From assembly GCF_030684315.1 (NCBI RefSeq), contig NC_081367.1:19202792-19266791 (forward strand): DNA of 64,000 nt, given 5' to 3'. This document shows, one piece after another, positions 12,431-25,750 of the stretch (positions are counted from its first letter, which is position 1; the number at the start of each line of letters is the position of its first letter). The position numbers and the translations under genes were made by a program. Below the pieces are notes generated by a model, which was not told where the DNA came from, made no database searches, and saw only the letters and a program-made list of their open reading frames with translations. The DNA comes from Stegostoma tigrinum. Lineage: Eukaryota.

Positions 12431-13793
12431 AATGTTTTGTAAAACATCTTCTGGAAGTCCAAGTGTAACACATCTACTGGTTCCTTTCTATTCTTTCTGG
12501 TTCAGATTTCCTTGAAAATCTTTAATAAGTTGGCTAGCCACAATTTCCCTTTCATGGAGCTTTGCCCACTCCACTTGATTAAGCTATAATTTTCCAAATG
12601 TACTGCTATTACTTCATTAATAATTGGTTCCAATATTTTTTCAACAATAGATGTTAGACTAATTGATTGATGGTCTCCCTCCATTTATGAATGCGTGTTC
12701 ACTATCTACAAGGCAAAATTCTTAGGTGTGATGGGACACTTCCCTGGAAGGTTACAACTCCAACAACACTCAAGAAGTCTAACATCATCAAGGACGAAGC
12801 AACCTGCTGGATGGTCACTTCAAGCACCACCTTAATACTTCCCTCCTTTTAATGCCAATGCACAGTGGTAGTGGTGTGCAACATCACCGAGGATCCTTCG
12901 ACAACTTCTTCCAAATCTGCAACATCTACCACTTTTAAAGACAAGGGAAGCAGACACGTGAGAACATCATTACCTGCAAGTTTCTCTCCAAGCTACTCAA
13001 CATTCACATTTGGAGCTATGTTGTTATTTCTTCACTATCGCTGCATCATCATTCGGAACTCCCTTACAAACAGCAGTGTGGACAAACCTATACTCCAAGA
13101 ATTGCAACAGTTCAAAAAGACAACTCACTATCACTTTCTTGAGGGCATTTAATAATGAGCAATAAATACTGGCCCAGCAGGCAAAATCCACATCACATGA
13201 CCAAATAATAAAATAAAACTTCAAACACAAAAATTTTTAAGTTCCTAAATTAATATTGAATACATGCTGTCTACAGGCACACTGTAGGATAGCCATCAAT
13301 GAATCTTATACCTGTCTAGATTAATAAAAACTCAGCAACAAGCTATTTCCTTGCTTTGTTTTAATTTTCAATATCAATCAGTAAGGAGAAAGGGTTCACA
13401 TTCTGAGATATTGGTTCTTTCCTAACACTTATATAATGATGTGATTGGCATTAGATGGTTTAGCTTTGCAGAAAGTATGCATAAGTTTACTTAAGCTTGT
13501 GTAAATATTGATTTTGTGATCAACAAACAGATTACAGAACTAATTGAAACCTTTAGCTAAATTCAATTATTAATCATTTCTGCTAAACTGTGTCATGTTG
13601 CCTGGGTATTGAAAAATTTCCTAGAATTGTCAAAGTTATGGGAAATTGTGCTAACTAAAATGACTTTCAAGATTGAAATTTAGAATTAGGTTCAATATCC
13701 AAACATCAGATCAAACATGAAAGGACAAATCCACATCTGACTCCTAGAATATTTCAAGTTTAATCAAAATGAGTTTTAAAATGTTACACTTAC

Positions 13794-13943
13794 TACATTC
13801 TGATAACATTTCTCCGATGAAGGCTCATAAAGTGAAAGAGGAATAGTGAGCATGTGTCCAAACTGCTGGAATTCATTTTGGCATTTTAAACATTTTCTAT
13901 ATTCCTCAGTGGTTAGCACATGCAAATCCTCAACAAATCTGTT
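13794..13943 (-). CDS. USP18: USP18-like protease exon (NRFVEDLHVLTTEEYRKCLKCQNEFQQFGHMLTIPLSLYEPSSEKCYQNV)
   Basis: ttctgcag acceptor, gtaagt donor, 150 nt, phase 0/0. CxxC and MLTIPLSL match recalled USP18 CVDC...MLTLPLSL. Confidence 0.93.
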
Positions 13944-15599
13944 CTGCAGAAAATTAAACAGAAAAGTATTAACATACATAATTTTTCAATTCTCTTCCAG
14001 AGCATTGCAACATTGGTACTATGGTCCAGAATTTGTGCTCAATGGCGAAGTGAGATCAAATGCTTTGTATCTGCAAGAAAGCTAAATCACAAGATCTCGT
14101 GGTCTACAAGGCGAGAGATTTAGCTCTCTTGATTTCCAATTGATAGTAGTGTTCTCCTCTGGGAGTTTCCACTGTTAAGTTGCAGTGATGACATCAGGTT
14201 CCAGAAACAGCTGATCATACAAATACATTTCACAGACAGCAAATCAGTAAATGAAAAGCAGTAATACCAAATCTGTTTTTACATAGAAATAAATATTGAT
14301 ACTGATATGACTTAACATGGATGCTGAAAAATCATGAACAAAATTTCATTTTTGTTGATAATTATTTTAAAAATCTGAAAATTACAACATTTAAAAGGCA
14401 TTTGGATAGGTATATGATTAGGAAAGGTTTAGAAAGGATATCGGCCAAATGGGTCTAGATTTATTTAGGATATCTGGTCAGCATAGACAAGTTGGACTGA
14501 AGGGTCTGTTTCTATGCTGTACATCTTTATGACTCTTGACTTTAATGAACAACGGAGCCATGTACACATTTTTTTTTGAGATTCACCAGGGTTTATTGAA
14601 GACCCCCTTCCAAACCTACAACTGTTACCTCATTGAATGATAAGTTCAACAGAGATAAGGGAAGACTATCCACTGCAAGTTCCCTTCCAAGCCACTCACC
14701 ATCTTGACTTGGAAATGTATCACCGTTCCTTCAGTGTCACGGGGTCAGAAGCCTGGTACTCCCTTCCTAACATCATTGTTGGCGTCCCTACACCACCCAA
14801 ACTGTGGCTGTTCAAGAAAGGATATCAGCAGCACCTTCTCCAGGGGCTACTAGGGATGGGCAACAAATACTGGCCCAGCCAGTGACACCCCCATCCCAAA
14901 AAAGAAATTATATTTGGAAAGAATATTTGGTACTCTGAGTGCCAATAAAGGTCCAGGGACAGACCTTCTGGTCAGCAGCGATCACTGACTGAGAACATAT
15001 TATATTCAGTATCTGTGATGTGTTTTCTATCCTTGCAGCTGGATCTTCCTGTACCAGTTGCAGTAGTGAGCTCTCATCCTAACCATTCAAGTCAAGCAAT
15101 GATGAAGACATGTGATGGAGAGTCCACCTCAACTTTTTAATGACAACATTTGCTGTGTTGAGTAAAGTTTTTATAAGGGTTGTAACAGGGGACTAACTGA
15201 ACATTGGTGGGTAGGTTAGTGGTGGAGTCACGGTGGGGGCAGGGAGAGGGGTGGGGTTACTCCACCAGAAACGACAGCAAAGTAATACAAGAGAAAATAC
15301 TGGGGTAATTTTTCTCACACAAGGTCCAAGAGCCTACTTGCAAATAGCAGATCCAACAGATGAAAATAGTATTGTGATAGAAGTTATGTCCTCCACAGAT
15401 GAGTAACTTACTGGCACTCACTCATTTGGATGATGTCAAGTTAGACTGTCTAATACCTAATAAGATGAATCTTTACCACAGCAGAGGAATCTTTGGATCT
15501 TTGGTGTACACCGCTAAATATATTCACTTGATCATTCCCTACAACTTGATGCAATGGTATAATAGAAGGATAAAGTAATAATATTTTTCCCATACTTAC

Positions 15600-15679
15600 A
15601 AACATGGTCTTCTTCAACTGGTCTTGTAATAAATTACAGAGTGAACGGAAAAGTTCCTCAGCATCCGATTGACTCCCCA
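15600..15679 (-). CDS. USP18: USP18-like protease, QxDA exon ((V)GSQSDAEELFRSLCNLLQDQLKKTMF)
   Basis: tttaag acceptor, gtaagt donor, 80 nt, phase 1 in and 0 out. QSDA...NLLQDQL matches recalled USP18 QHDA...NLIKDQI. Confidence 0.92.
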
Positions 15680-16259
15680 CTTAAAATAAACGTAGAAACA
15701 AAATACTTAAACATTTGTGAACATTATACGTTAATTGTTTGAGTATTTGAAAATTACTATGTCCTATAAAAATGACTTTAAAAGGCTAATCTAATAATAA
15801 AGCTGCTGATTTGTATTGAGGACTGATGTGCGTCTGGGAGGAACATCTCCTCTGATTGTACACAATGTTGCTCTGTATCAAAGCCTCAATGGTAATGTTT
15901 CTGTGAAGTGACTTGAGACTTTTTCTTCCATTAAAGGTACAATAGAAATGTTAGTTACTAGTGAACAAAGATGAGGTTAGGAATTTGATAGATAGAAAAT
16001 CGTGTGTTTGGGAGCAAGGTGGGTGGGATGAGGAGCAATAACAACATATCCCTTGATGCCACCTCAGAAACTATTAGTACATCAGTGTGCTTCAGTTTCC
16101 CCCTAGACATTATTACCAATAAGACAGTATTTCAATTGAAACTTAATGTATTGTATTTCTTTCCATTTCTTAAACCAGTTTCATCAGTTCTTTTGCACAC
16201 TCCTTGTTCATAGATAAAGTTACATTAAATATTCTAACTGAAATGGATAGCGTACCTAC

Positions 16260-16405
16260 CATTAATTTGGTTTAACACCAAGCACTGAATAAATTTATCA
16301 GGCGATACAATACTCTTAGTTTTGTTGTGCAGGTGCTGAAATACTTTGCCAAGGTGATATAGAATGTCGTTATTGGCTTTTATCAGAAGGTCTTTCTGTT
16401 GGCAA
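16260..16405 (-). CDS. USP18: USP18-like protease exon (CQQKDLLIKANNDILYHLGKVFQHLHNKTKSIVSPDKFIQCLVLNQIN)
   Basis: ttacag acceptor, G|gtaggt donor, 146 nt, phase 2 in and 1 out; joins both neighbouring exons in frame. Confidence 0.88.
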
Positions 16406-17551
16406 CTGTAATAAAGAAACAAATGAACCTAAATCTAACAGAACAGAATTCTGCTCAATATCGTAAACAGGGATAGACAAAATAAAACTGAGAGGCCATG
16501 ATATTGGTGAAAATTGGCCTGTTTTGTTCCAGAACAGAACTATTGGATCAAAAATTATAATTAGAAACAATATAAAGAATCTTGGCACTTTAAATAGCAA
16601 GGTAATATCACAGCAAATAGTTTCTGTTAGTTACAATGGTAATTTCCTTTACATTCAGTTTTTCCTGAATCATGGGCATTGCTTGACAGTCAACAAGATG
16701 AAGAATTAATTGCAAGGCCATATCAAGCACTTTACAGCTGCTAAATAATGCACAGGCACTTTGCTTCAGTTCTGTACAAGCTGATAGCAGCAGAGTGTGG
16801 TTAGGGGAACAGACAGGCTGCAGGCCAAGAATATAAATCCTACCTATGAATGAATTTATTTTGTTAAGTATCAATTGTCCTCTACTGAAGGGCTGAAATA
16901 CATGCTGTGCATAGGAACCCTCTGGCAATGTGCTGAACTTCCTTATATTAGCTCCAGTGCTGACAGCAAGGTACATCGCAGCTAGACTGATCCTTTAGCC
17001 GATCAACATCCACATACTAGAATAGTAACACAATCAGGCCTTGCTGATTTCTCAAAAAGTTCTCCAAATGTCTAAGATGTCTGAGCATTTATGTTGCACC
17101 TTTACTGTGCCCGATTGAGGTTCATTAATTCAAACAAGTTTCAGAACAAAAGCCTGGAGATTGCTCGTCTGTACTGTGTGGTACTGGGTGCCATATTTGT
17201 CAAACAATTGTGGAAACTCTTGGCATATACAACAGTACTCAACATATCTTGCTATTCCCTTCCATTTGTAATGCTTCACATAGTTGGTGATTGCAATATG
17301 AGCACCAAAATCAGATAACTGGCTACTTTCAATATGTTTTCTCATTAATGGAATTGTGCAAACTGATTTAACCTGAATCTGTAACTTGAAGTGAATCAGA
17401 AAATGACAGGTCACTGAAAACTCCTGTATTGTTCTTTATACAAAGACTGGAATCCCTCCCTAACAGCACTATGGGTATACGTGGACTGCAGTAGTTCCAG
17501 AGGGCGACAATGAATTTTGGCCCAGCCAGAAACACCCACAATCCCATGTGT

Positions 17552-19149
17552 CAGAGATAATGGGAACTGCAGATGCTGGAGAATTCCAAGATAATAAAAT
17601 GTGAGGCTGGATGAACACAGCAGGCCAAGCAGCATCTCGGGAGCACAAAAGCTGACGTTTCGGGCCTAGACCCTTCATCAGAGAGGGGGATGGGGAGAGG
17701 GAACTGGAATAAATAGGGAGAGAGGGGGAGGCGGACCGAAGATGGAGAGTAAAGAAGATAGGTGGAGAGGAGAGTATAGGTGGGGAGGTAGGGAGGGGAT
17801 AGGTGAGTCCAGGGAAGACGGACAGGTCAAGGAGGTGGGATGAGGTTAGTAGGTAGATGAGGGTGCGGCTTGGGGTGGGAGGAAGGGATAGGTGAGAGGA
17901 AGAGCCGGTTAGGGAGGCAGAGACAGGTTGGACTGGTTTTGGGATGCAGTGGGTGGGGGGGAAGAGCTGGGCTGGTTATGTGGTGCTGTGGGGGGAGGGG
18001 ATGAACTGGGCTGGTTTAGGGATGCAGTAGGGGAAGGGGAGATTTTGAAACTGGTGAAGTCCACATTGATACCATGAGGCTGCAGGGTTCCCAGGCGGAA
18101 TATGAGTTGCTGTTCCTGCAACTTTCGGGTGGCATCATTGTGGCAGTGCAGGAGGCCCATGATGGACATGTCATCTAGAGAATGGGAGGGGGAGTGGAAA
18201 TGGTTTGCGACTGGGAGGTGCAGTTGTTTGTTGCGAACTGAGCGGAGGTGTTCTGCAAAGCGGTCTCCAAGCCTCCGCTTGGTTTCCCCAATGTAGAGGA
18301 AGCCACACCGGGTACAGTGGATGCAGTATACCACATTGGCAGATGTGCAGGTGAACCTCTGCTTAATGTGGAATGTCATCTTGGGGCCTGGGATAGGGGT
18401 GAGGGAGGAGGTGTGGGGGCAAGTGTAGCATTTCCTGCGGTTGCAGGGGAAGGTGCTGGGTGTGGTGGGGTTGGAGGGCAGTGTGGAGCGAACAAGGGAG
18501 TCACGGAGAGAGTGGTCTCTCCGGAAAGCAGACAGGGGTGGGGATGGAAAAATGTCTTGGGTGGTGGGGTCGGATTGTAAATGGCGAAAGTGTCGGAGGA
18601 TGATGCGTTGTATCCGGAGGTTGGTAGGGTGGTGTGTGAGAACGAGGGGGATCCTCTTAGGGCGGTTGTGGCGGGGGCGGGGTGTGAGGGATGTGTTGCG
18701 GGAAATACGGGAGACGCAATCAAGGGCGTTCTCGATCACTGTGGGGGGAAAGTTGCGGTCCTTGAAGAACTTGGACATCTGGGATGTGCGGGAGTGGAAT
18801 GTCTTATCGTGGGAGCAGATGCGGCGGAGGCGGAGGAATTGAGAATAGGGAATGGAATTTTTGCAGGAGGGTGGGTGGGAGGAGGCGTATTCTAGGTAGC
18901 TGTGGGAGTCGGTGGGCTTGAAATGGACATCAGTTACAAGCTGGTTGCCTGAGATGGAGACTGAGAGGTCCAGGAAGGTGAGGGTTGCGCTGGAGATGGC
19001 CCAGGTGAACTGAAGGTTGGGGTGGAAGGTGTTGGTGAAGTGGATGAACTGTTCGAGCTCCTCTGGGGAGCAAGAGGCGGCGCCGATACAGTAATCAATG
19101 TACCGGAGGAAGAAGTGGGGTTTGGGCCTGTGTAGGTGCGGAAGAGGGA
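17552..19149 (-). mobile_element. Penelope-like retroelement (RT C-terminus and GIY-YIG), left arm of an inverted dimer
   Basis: ORF 17909-19171 has RYID, FLDL, KPTDSHSYLEY and VVYCIHC...LYIGETKRRLGDRFAEH (GIY-YIG). 15-bp TSD cacaatcccatgtgt at 17537-17551. Confidence 0.93.
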
Positions 19150-19150
19150 A

Positions 19151-20568
19151 GAGCTCGAACAGTTCATCCACTTCACCAACACCTTCCTGGACCTCTCAGT
19201 CTCCATCTCAGGCAACCAGCTTGTAACTGATGTCCATTTCAAGCCCACCGACTCTCACAGCTACCTAGAATACACCTCCTCCCAACCACCCTCCTGCAAA
19301 AATTCCATTCCCTATTCTCAATTCCTCCGCCTCCGTCGCATCTGCTCCCACGATAAGACATTCCACTCCCGCACATCCCAGATGTCCAAGTTCTTCAAGG
19401 ACCGCAACTTTCCCCCCACAGTGATCGAGAACGCCCTTGACCGCGTCTCCCGTATTTCCCGCAACACATCCCTCACACCCCACCCCCGCCACAACCGCCC
19501 TAAGAGGATCCCCCTCGTTCTCACACACCACCCTACCAACCTCCGGATACAACGCATCATCCTCCGACACTTTCGCCATTTACAATCCGACCCCACCACC
19601 CAAGACATTTTTCCATCCCCACCCCTGTCTGCTTTCCGGAGAGACCACTCTCTCCGTGACTCCCTTGTTCGCTCCACACTGCCCTCCAACCCCACCACAC
19701 CCAGCACCTTCCCCTGCAACCGCAGGAAATGCTACACTTGCCCCCACACCTCCTCCCTCACCCCTATCCCAGGCCCCAAGATGACATTCCACATTAAGCA
19801 GAGGTTCACCTGCACATCTGCCAATGTGGTACACTGCATCCACTGTACCCGGTGTGGCTTCCTCTACATTGGGGAAACCAAGCGGAGGCTTGGAGACCGC
19901 TTTGCAGAACACCTCCGCTCAGTTCGCAACAAACAACTGCACCTCCCAGTCGCAAACCATTTCCACTCCCCCTCCCATTCTCTAGATGACATGTCCATCA
20001 TGGGCCTCCTGCACTGCCACAATGATGCCACCTGTAGGTTGCAGGAACAGCAACTCATATTCCGCCTGGGAACCCTGCAGCCTAATGGTATCAATGTGGA
20101 CTTCACCAGTTTCAAAATCTCCCCTTCCCCTACTGCATCCCTAAACCAGCCCAGTTCGTCCCCTCCCCCCACTGCACCACACAACCAGCCCAGCTCTTCC
20201 CCCCCACCCACTGCATCCCAAAATCAGTCCAACCTGTCTCTGCCTCCCTAACCGGTTCTTCCTCTCACCCATCCCTTCCTCCCACCCCAAGCCGCACCCC
20301 CATCTACCTACTAACCTCATTCCACCTCCTTGACCTGTCCGTCTTCCCTGGACTGACCTATCCCCTCCCTACCTCCCCACCTACACTCTCTCCACCTATC
20401 TTCTTTACTCTCCATCTTCGGTCCGCCTCCCCCTCTCTCCCTATTTATTCCAGTTCCCTCTCCCCATCCCCCTCTCTGATGAAGTGTCTAGGCCCGAAAC
20501 GTCAGCTTTTGTGCTCCTGAGATGCTGCTTGGCCTGCTGTGTTCATCCAGCCTCACATTTTATTATCT
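19151..20568 (+). mobile_element. Penelope-like retroelement, right arm of an inverted dimer
   Basis: ORF 19136-20251 is near-identical to the left arm apart from a 51-nt deletion; matching TSD at 20569-20583. Confidence 0.93.
20472..20506 (+). ncRNA. Minimal hammerhead-ribozyme-like motif in the Penelope terminus (representative copy)
   Basis: CTGATGA-A-stem II-GAAAC-GTC layout. An intact version (ctgatgaagggtctaggcccgaaacgtc) is on the minus strand at 5626-5660 and 17651-17685. Stems I and III are very short. Confidence 0.55.
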
Positions 20569-21239
20569 CACAATCCCATGTGTGACTATTTGTAGGAACC
20601 TGCCAGTAGATGGCACTGCTACCTAACAACTGACAAAACTGCAGCATGTAGTCTCAGTTGGCAACCACCTTATCATCAATCTCCATTTCAGAAACTAAGT
20701 CATCAACACACTTTGCAAGTAACACACAATCGACCGTGAAATCAGTAAAACATCCCAACTGATAAATGGAATGTACCCTGACTCCATTTACCTACCTTTG
20801 TTTTGAATCCCTTGATATTCTAATTTAAACAACTGTTTAATAATATCAATCTTGAAGACCTCACTAGACTCTATTTTTTGGGGGGTGTTTAAAATTTCCA
20901 GTAGCTTCTGTGTAAGAAAAAACAATATTTCTTCCTGATTTTAAGATTTAATCCCTGAAATGTCCTACCAAATAAATAGTTTTCTGAATCAGCTTCCAAA
21001 GACCTCAGTTTGATCTCTTCTCCAACATCTCAACATAAATAAACAGAAGCCAAATTCATGCAACTTATCTTCATGACTTAACCTCCTAAATTGTGGTATC
21101 TTGCTGATAAAAGCATGTGTAACCCACTGTAAGGCCACTGTATATTTAAAAATATCTATGAAAAGCCCTGTGCCTCTGTTACATTAATCACTGTGAAGGC
21201 TATCTCTGATCAATACTTTACATCATTCTCCACCCACAA

Positions 21240-22700
21240 CTCTTTCCCCATACCAACCCTACACTTTTTTTCCATCTTAATCCTGTTCCCAATAAACTGC
21301 TGATCACCTAACTTTGCCTCCCTCATGTTAGCTGACGTTGTCAAATCTTTTAAATCTAACCCTGTTACCTCTTCCAAAAATTCAACTATCCTTGCAAATT
21401 ACAGTCCCATCTCCAACCTCCTCTTGCTCTTCATAGTCATTGAAGGTGTTGACACCTCCCAAATCCATTCCAGACTTCCGTGGAACTTTGAATCTCTGCA
21501 AAGTGTCCTTTCCTCCTCCCACAGTACCTCTTATCAAAGTCACAGCTAAAATCCACTGTAATTGGCAAAGTTTCTGTCCTTCTGTGCCTGTTTGCAGCCT
21601 TTAACACAGGTGACCACTCCAACCTCCTCGAATGCCTCTCCTTTGCTGTCCATGGTATGACTTCTCTGATCTCGTTACCGATCTAACAATATCCAGAGAA
21701 TCTCCGCATTCGCATCTGTAGTGCCTCCCAAGGACATATCCTTGGCCTCTTTCAATTTCTAATTACTCCTCTGAGCAATAGCTTTGAGTTAGCTTTTAAA
21801 TGTACAATGGCAACAAACACTGTTGTTAAATTATCAGACTGCTTGTCCAATATCCAGGCTCAGATGAGCGGAAATTTCCCGCAATTAAATAATGCAAAGG
21901 CTTATGATTATTTTCAGTCCCCACTCTTAAACTCCATTCCCCAGCTAACTCGTTACATTTTTCACAATCGCAATTGTCTGAGGTGAAGCCAGCTTTTTTG
22001 GAACCTTAGTGTCACATTTGATCCTGAGATGAGATTTCAACCTGGTATGCCATTGGTAAGACCACCTATTTCTGTCTATGAACATCAACTGACTTGTTCG
22101 TGTGCCAGTTCATGGTGAAACTCTCGTACCAACCTTCATCACTTCAAGACTTGACTATTCCAACAGATCCCTAGTCAGTGTTTACATTCTACCTACATAA
22201 AGCTACGATAATCCAAAACTCTGCTGCCTGTGTCTCAACTGGTAGCAAATTCCATTCCAATATCACTCCTACATTTGTTGATATACTGGCACTCAGTCGA
22301 GCAATATCTGGATTTAAAATTCTCATCTTTGGGTACAAATCACTTCATGGTCTCAACCCTCTCTCCGTCTCTGCAATCTCTTCCAGTTTGATAATCCTCC
22401 AAGGATCCTATGCTGATCTAAATCTGAGCTGTTGTCCATTCCTGCCTTTTGGTGCTTTACCATCAGATTCATCCTTTCAGTGGCTGTGGCTCTGGGACTC
22501 CTGAAGATCTGAAAATTCTCCCCTAAACTTCTCTGTTTCTCAACTTCACTCCCCACCTTTAGATTACTTCTGAAAACTTCATTCTTTGACCATACTTTTG
22601 GTTATCTGCCTTAATATCTCCATGTGTGGCTGACTTTGATACGTTATTTTACAACACTTCCAAGATGTTTAATTGTGTTGAATGCACTCTATAAACATAA
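21240..22700 (+). mobile_element. Old L2-clade LINE fragment
   Basis: Decayed L2 ORF2 motifs NYSPISNL, SRLDYSN (tcaagacttgactattccaac), IQNSAA and FKILI. Confidence 0.7.
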
Positions 22701-24444
22701 ATTTTTGTTGTATCCACCCTTTGAAGAACTCCCTCTCAATTAATTTACAATTACTCACTTACCAATACATTTTCAAAATCCTAACAATAGAAACATACAA
22801 AATGGGAGTGTGACTTGGATAGAGCATTTGAATAGAATATCCTTTATTGTCTCTTTTACTACAATACAGAAGTATAGGACTACAGTGAAAAGTTTTTTCA
22901 AGGCTGCCTTTTAATAGCGCCATCTCAGGAGCAAGTACCTCAGTACAAATCTTACAGGGTACAAAAAGTATATTAGTCTTGCACAAAGAAGATTAAAGAA
23001 AAGCATGGGTATTACTTACAGAGGTAGTTACAACATAGTGGAAAGGTTTTAAATTACAGTCCAATGCAGAAGCTTGAACACGCGTATCAGTAAGTCCAGG
23101 AACAGCTTCTTCCCAGCCGTTATTAAACTGATGAATGGAGTCCTGAACTTCAAATAATGCTGATCTTGCTAATGTTGATCTCACCTAGCGCACGCCATGT
23201 GCAATATAACATATATGCCTCTGACCAATTGCCTTCTACACTATGATCTGTATGATCTTGCTCGCTATGATCAGTATGTGGCACCAGGCCCGAGTCCAGC
23301 AATTATCCTGCATTGCTCCAGCCTCCAGTCCGCTCCTCATCGGGACTCAGTAGCAACTAGGTAAGTCGTACTGTACTGGGATTCAAACCGCAGCCACCGC
23401 CACACCCCACACCCCCACTCCTCCTGCGCCCCCCGCCCCCCCACCCGCCACCACTGGTCCGGGGACCTGGTCCCTCTGGCACCACCTCGGGTTGCCTACT
23501 CCCACCAGTTTGTGCTCATCGCCTGTGTGATGCTCCAGGGCTCTTCCACATGCTGCTCTCTGGGGCTCACAACCCATGTGCTGCTGCAGGGCTCGCTGCT
23601 CACTGTGTTCCAGGGCACGAGGGCTCACTGCTCTGGGCTTGCTGCATTGGCTTCGCTGCTGAGGGCAGAGAAGAAAATAGAAGGAAAATGGGGAAAAGGA
23701 GGAAAAAGAACAGGCTCCTACTTTGTTGCCAGGAGAAATCTTAAGAGGCTATTCAGCCCTTCAGCATGTTCTGCCAATCATATGATCATGGATTGCTCAT
23801 CCAACTCAGTATGCTGTTTCTGCTTTTTCTCAATTTGGTGTGATGCATTTAATCATTAGAACTGGATCCTCCTCTTCCTTGAAAACATTTAATGTTTTGG
23901 CTTCAACCACTTTCTGTGGCAGAAAATTCCACAGGTCACCTCTGTCTGGATGAAGCAATTTCTCCTCATCTTAGTCAGAAAAGGCTTATCCCATAAACCA
24001 TGACTCCTGAGACGCTGCTTGGCCTGCTGTGTTCATCCAGCTACACACTTTGTTATGTTGGATTCTCCAGCATCTGCAGTTCCCATTATCTCTGACCCCT
24101 GGTTCTGGACTCTTTGGTCATTGGGAACATCCTTCTTGCATTTACACTGTCTAGCCCTATCATAAGTTTACAAATTTCCATGAAAATCCCCCTCATTCCT
24201 CTGAACTCCAGTAAATATTGTCCTAACTGATCAAGTCTCTCTTCGTACATCAGGTCTGCTAGCCCAGCAATCAATCTGGTAAACCATCCATAATTCTATA
24301 ATTTCCTGTTTTCTTTCTACCTCTTTTTTTAATTTATAGGGTTACGTTAGCTACCCTTCAATCCAAAGTCTGTAGGCCATCTACAGAAAGCTGACCACCA
24401 AAACATCCAGCATTTCCAGGGCCACTTCATTAACTACTCTTGGG

Positions 24445-25750
24445 TTTAGATTTGATTTGATTTATTTTTTGTCACGTGTGCCTAAGTATAGTGAAAAGCT
24501 TTGTTTACGAGCAGTACAGGCAGATCATAGTGAGCAAGATCATTCAGATCATAGGGTACAGGGCAATTAATCAGAGGTGTCCAGATTATATCGTATATGG
24601 CCTGCGCTAAGCAAGATCAACATTAGCAAGATCAGCATTATTTGAAGGTCGGGACTCCATTCATCAGTTTAATAACAGCTGGGAAGAAGCTGTTCTTGGA
24701 CCTGCTGGTACGTGTGTTCAAGCTTCTGTATCTTCTGAAGGAAGAGGTTATAGGACAGCATTACTAGTAATGGATCTTTCACGATGTTGGCAGCCTTTCT
24801 GTGGCAGTGAGCTAGTGTAAATTGTGTCCGTGGATGGAAGGTTGGCTTCCGTGATGGTCTGGGCTGCGCACACCACCTTCTGTAGTTTCTTCCGGTCCTG
24901 GGCAGAGCAGTCGTCATGCCAGGCTGTTATATACTTTAATGGTGTGCTTGCAATGGTGCATCAGTAGAAGTTGGTGAAGGACCTTATGAACATGCCAAAT
25001 TTGCCAAGCCGCCTGAGGAAGAAGAGGCATTGTTGTACCTTGTTGACTGTCTTACCTATGTGGCAAGTCCAAGTTGTCAGTTATCGTCATTGCTAGGAAC
25101 TTGATGCTCTTCACCCTCACAACCTTGGTTTGGTTGATGGAGGCGTGTTCTCCTCCTTTCTTTCTGAAGTCAGTGATCAGTTCTTTAGTTTTGCTGATGT
25201 CGAGAGAGAGGTTGTTCTCACTGCATCACATCATCAAGCCTGCTGTGTCCTTTCTGTATTCTGACTCGACATTATTAGATGTCCGTTCTACCACAGTGGT
25301 GTCATCAGCAAACTTATAAATGGTGTTTGTTTGGAATTTGGAAACACAGTTGTGGGTGTACAGGGAGTACAGTAGGAGGCTGAGGACTAATCCTTGGTGG
25401 GGGGGGGGGGCTCCTGTGTTGGGTGTTATTGTGGAGGAGGTGCAGTTGTCCATCTTCACTTATTGCAGTTCGTGGGTCAGAAAGCTGAGGTACTGGTTGC
25501 AAAGGTTGGAGCCAAGACCAAGGTCTCAGAGTTTTGTGATTAGTCTGGAGGGCAAGTGGTGTTGAAGACAGAGCTGTACTCGACTTGCACAAGTCTGGCA
25601 TAGGTGTCCTTGTTGTCCAGGTGTTCCAGGGATAAGTGAAGGGCTAGGGAAAAGGCCTCTGCTGTGCATCAGTAGGCAAATTGTAGGGGATTGAGGCAGG
25701 CTGGGAGACAAGGGTTGATGTGGGCAATGGCCAGCCTCTCGAAACATTTC
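24445..25750 (-). mobile_element. Rex1/Babar-like LINE RT and 3' end
   Basis: NTGAP.QG.VLS.LLYSLYTHNC...KFADDTTVV. A related 3' end lies on the plus strand at about 23070-23270. Confidence 0.75.

Noticed and set aside
18102-20211. Overlapping 100-130 aa ORFs on both strands
   Set aside because: Shadow frames of the GC-rich Penelope ORF, mirrored by the inverted duplication.
17909-20251. Autonomous active Penelope element or domesticated GIY-YIG gene
   Set aside because: Both arms are 5'-truncated within RT; the left arm has YIDY in place of YIDD and the right arm lacks that motif.
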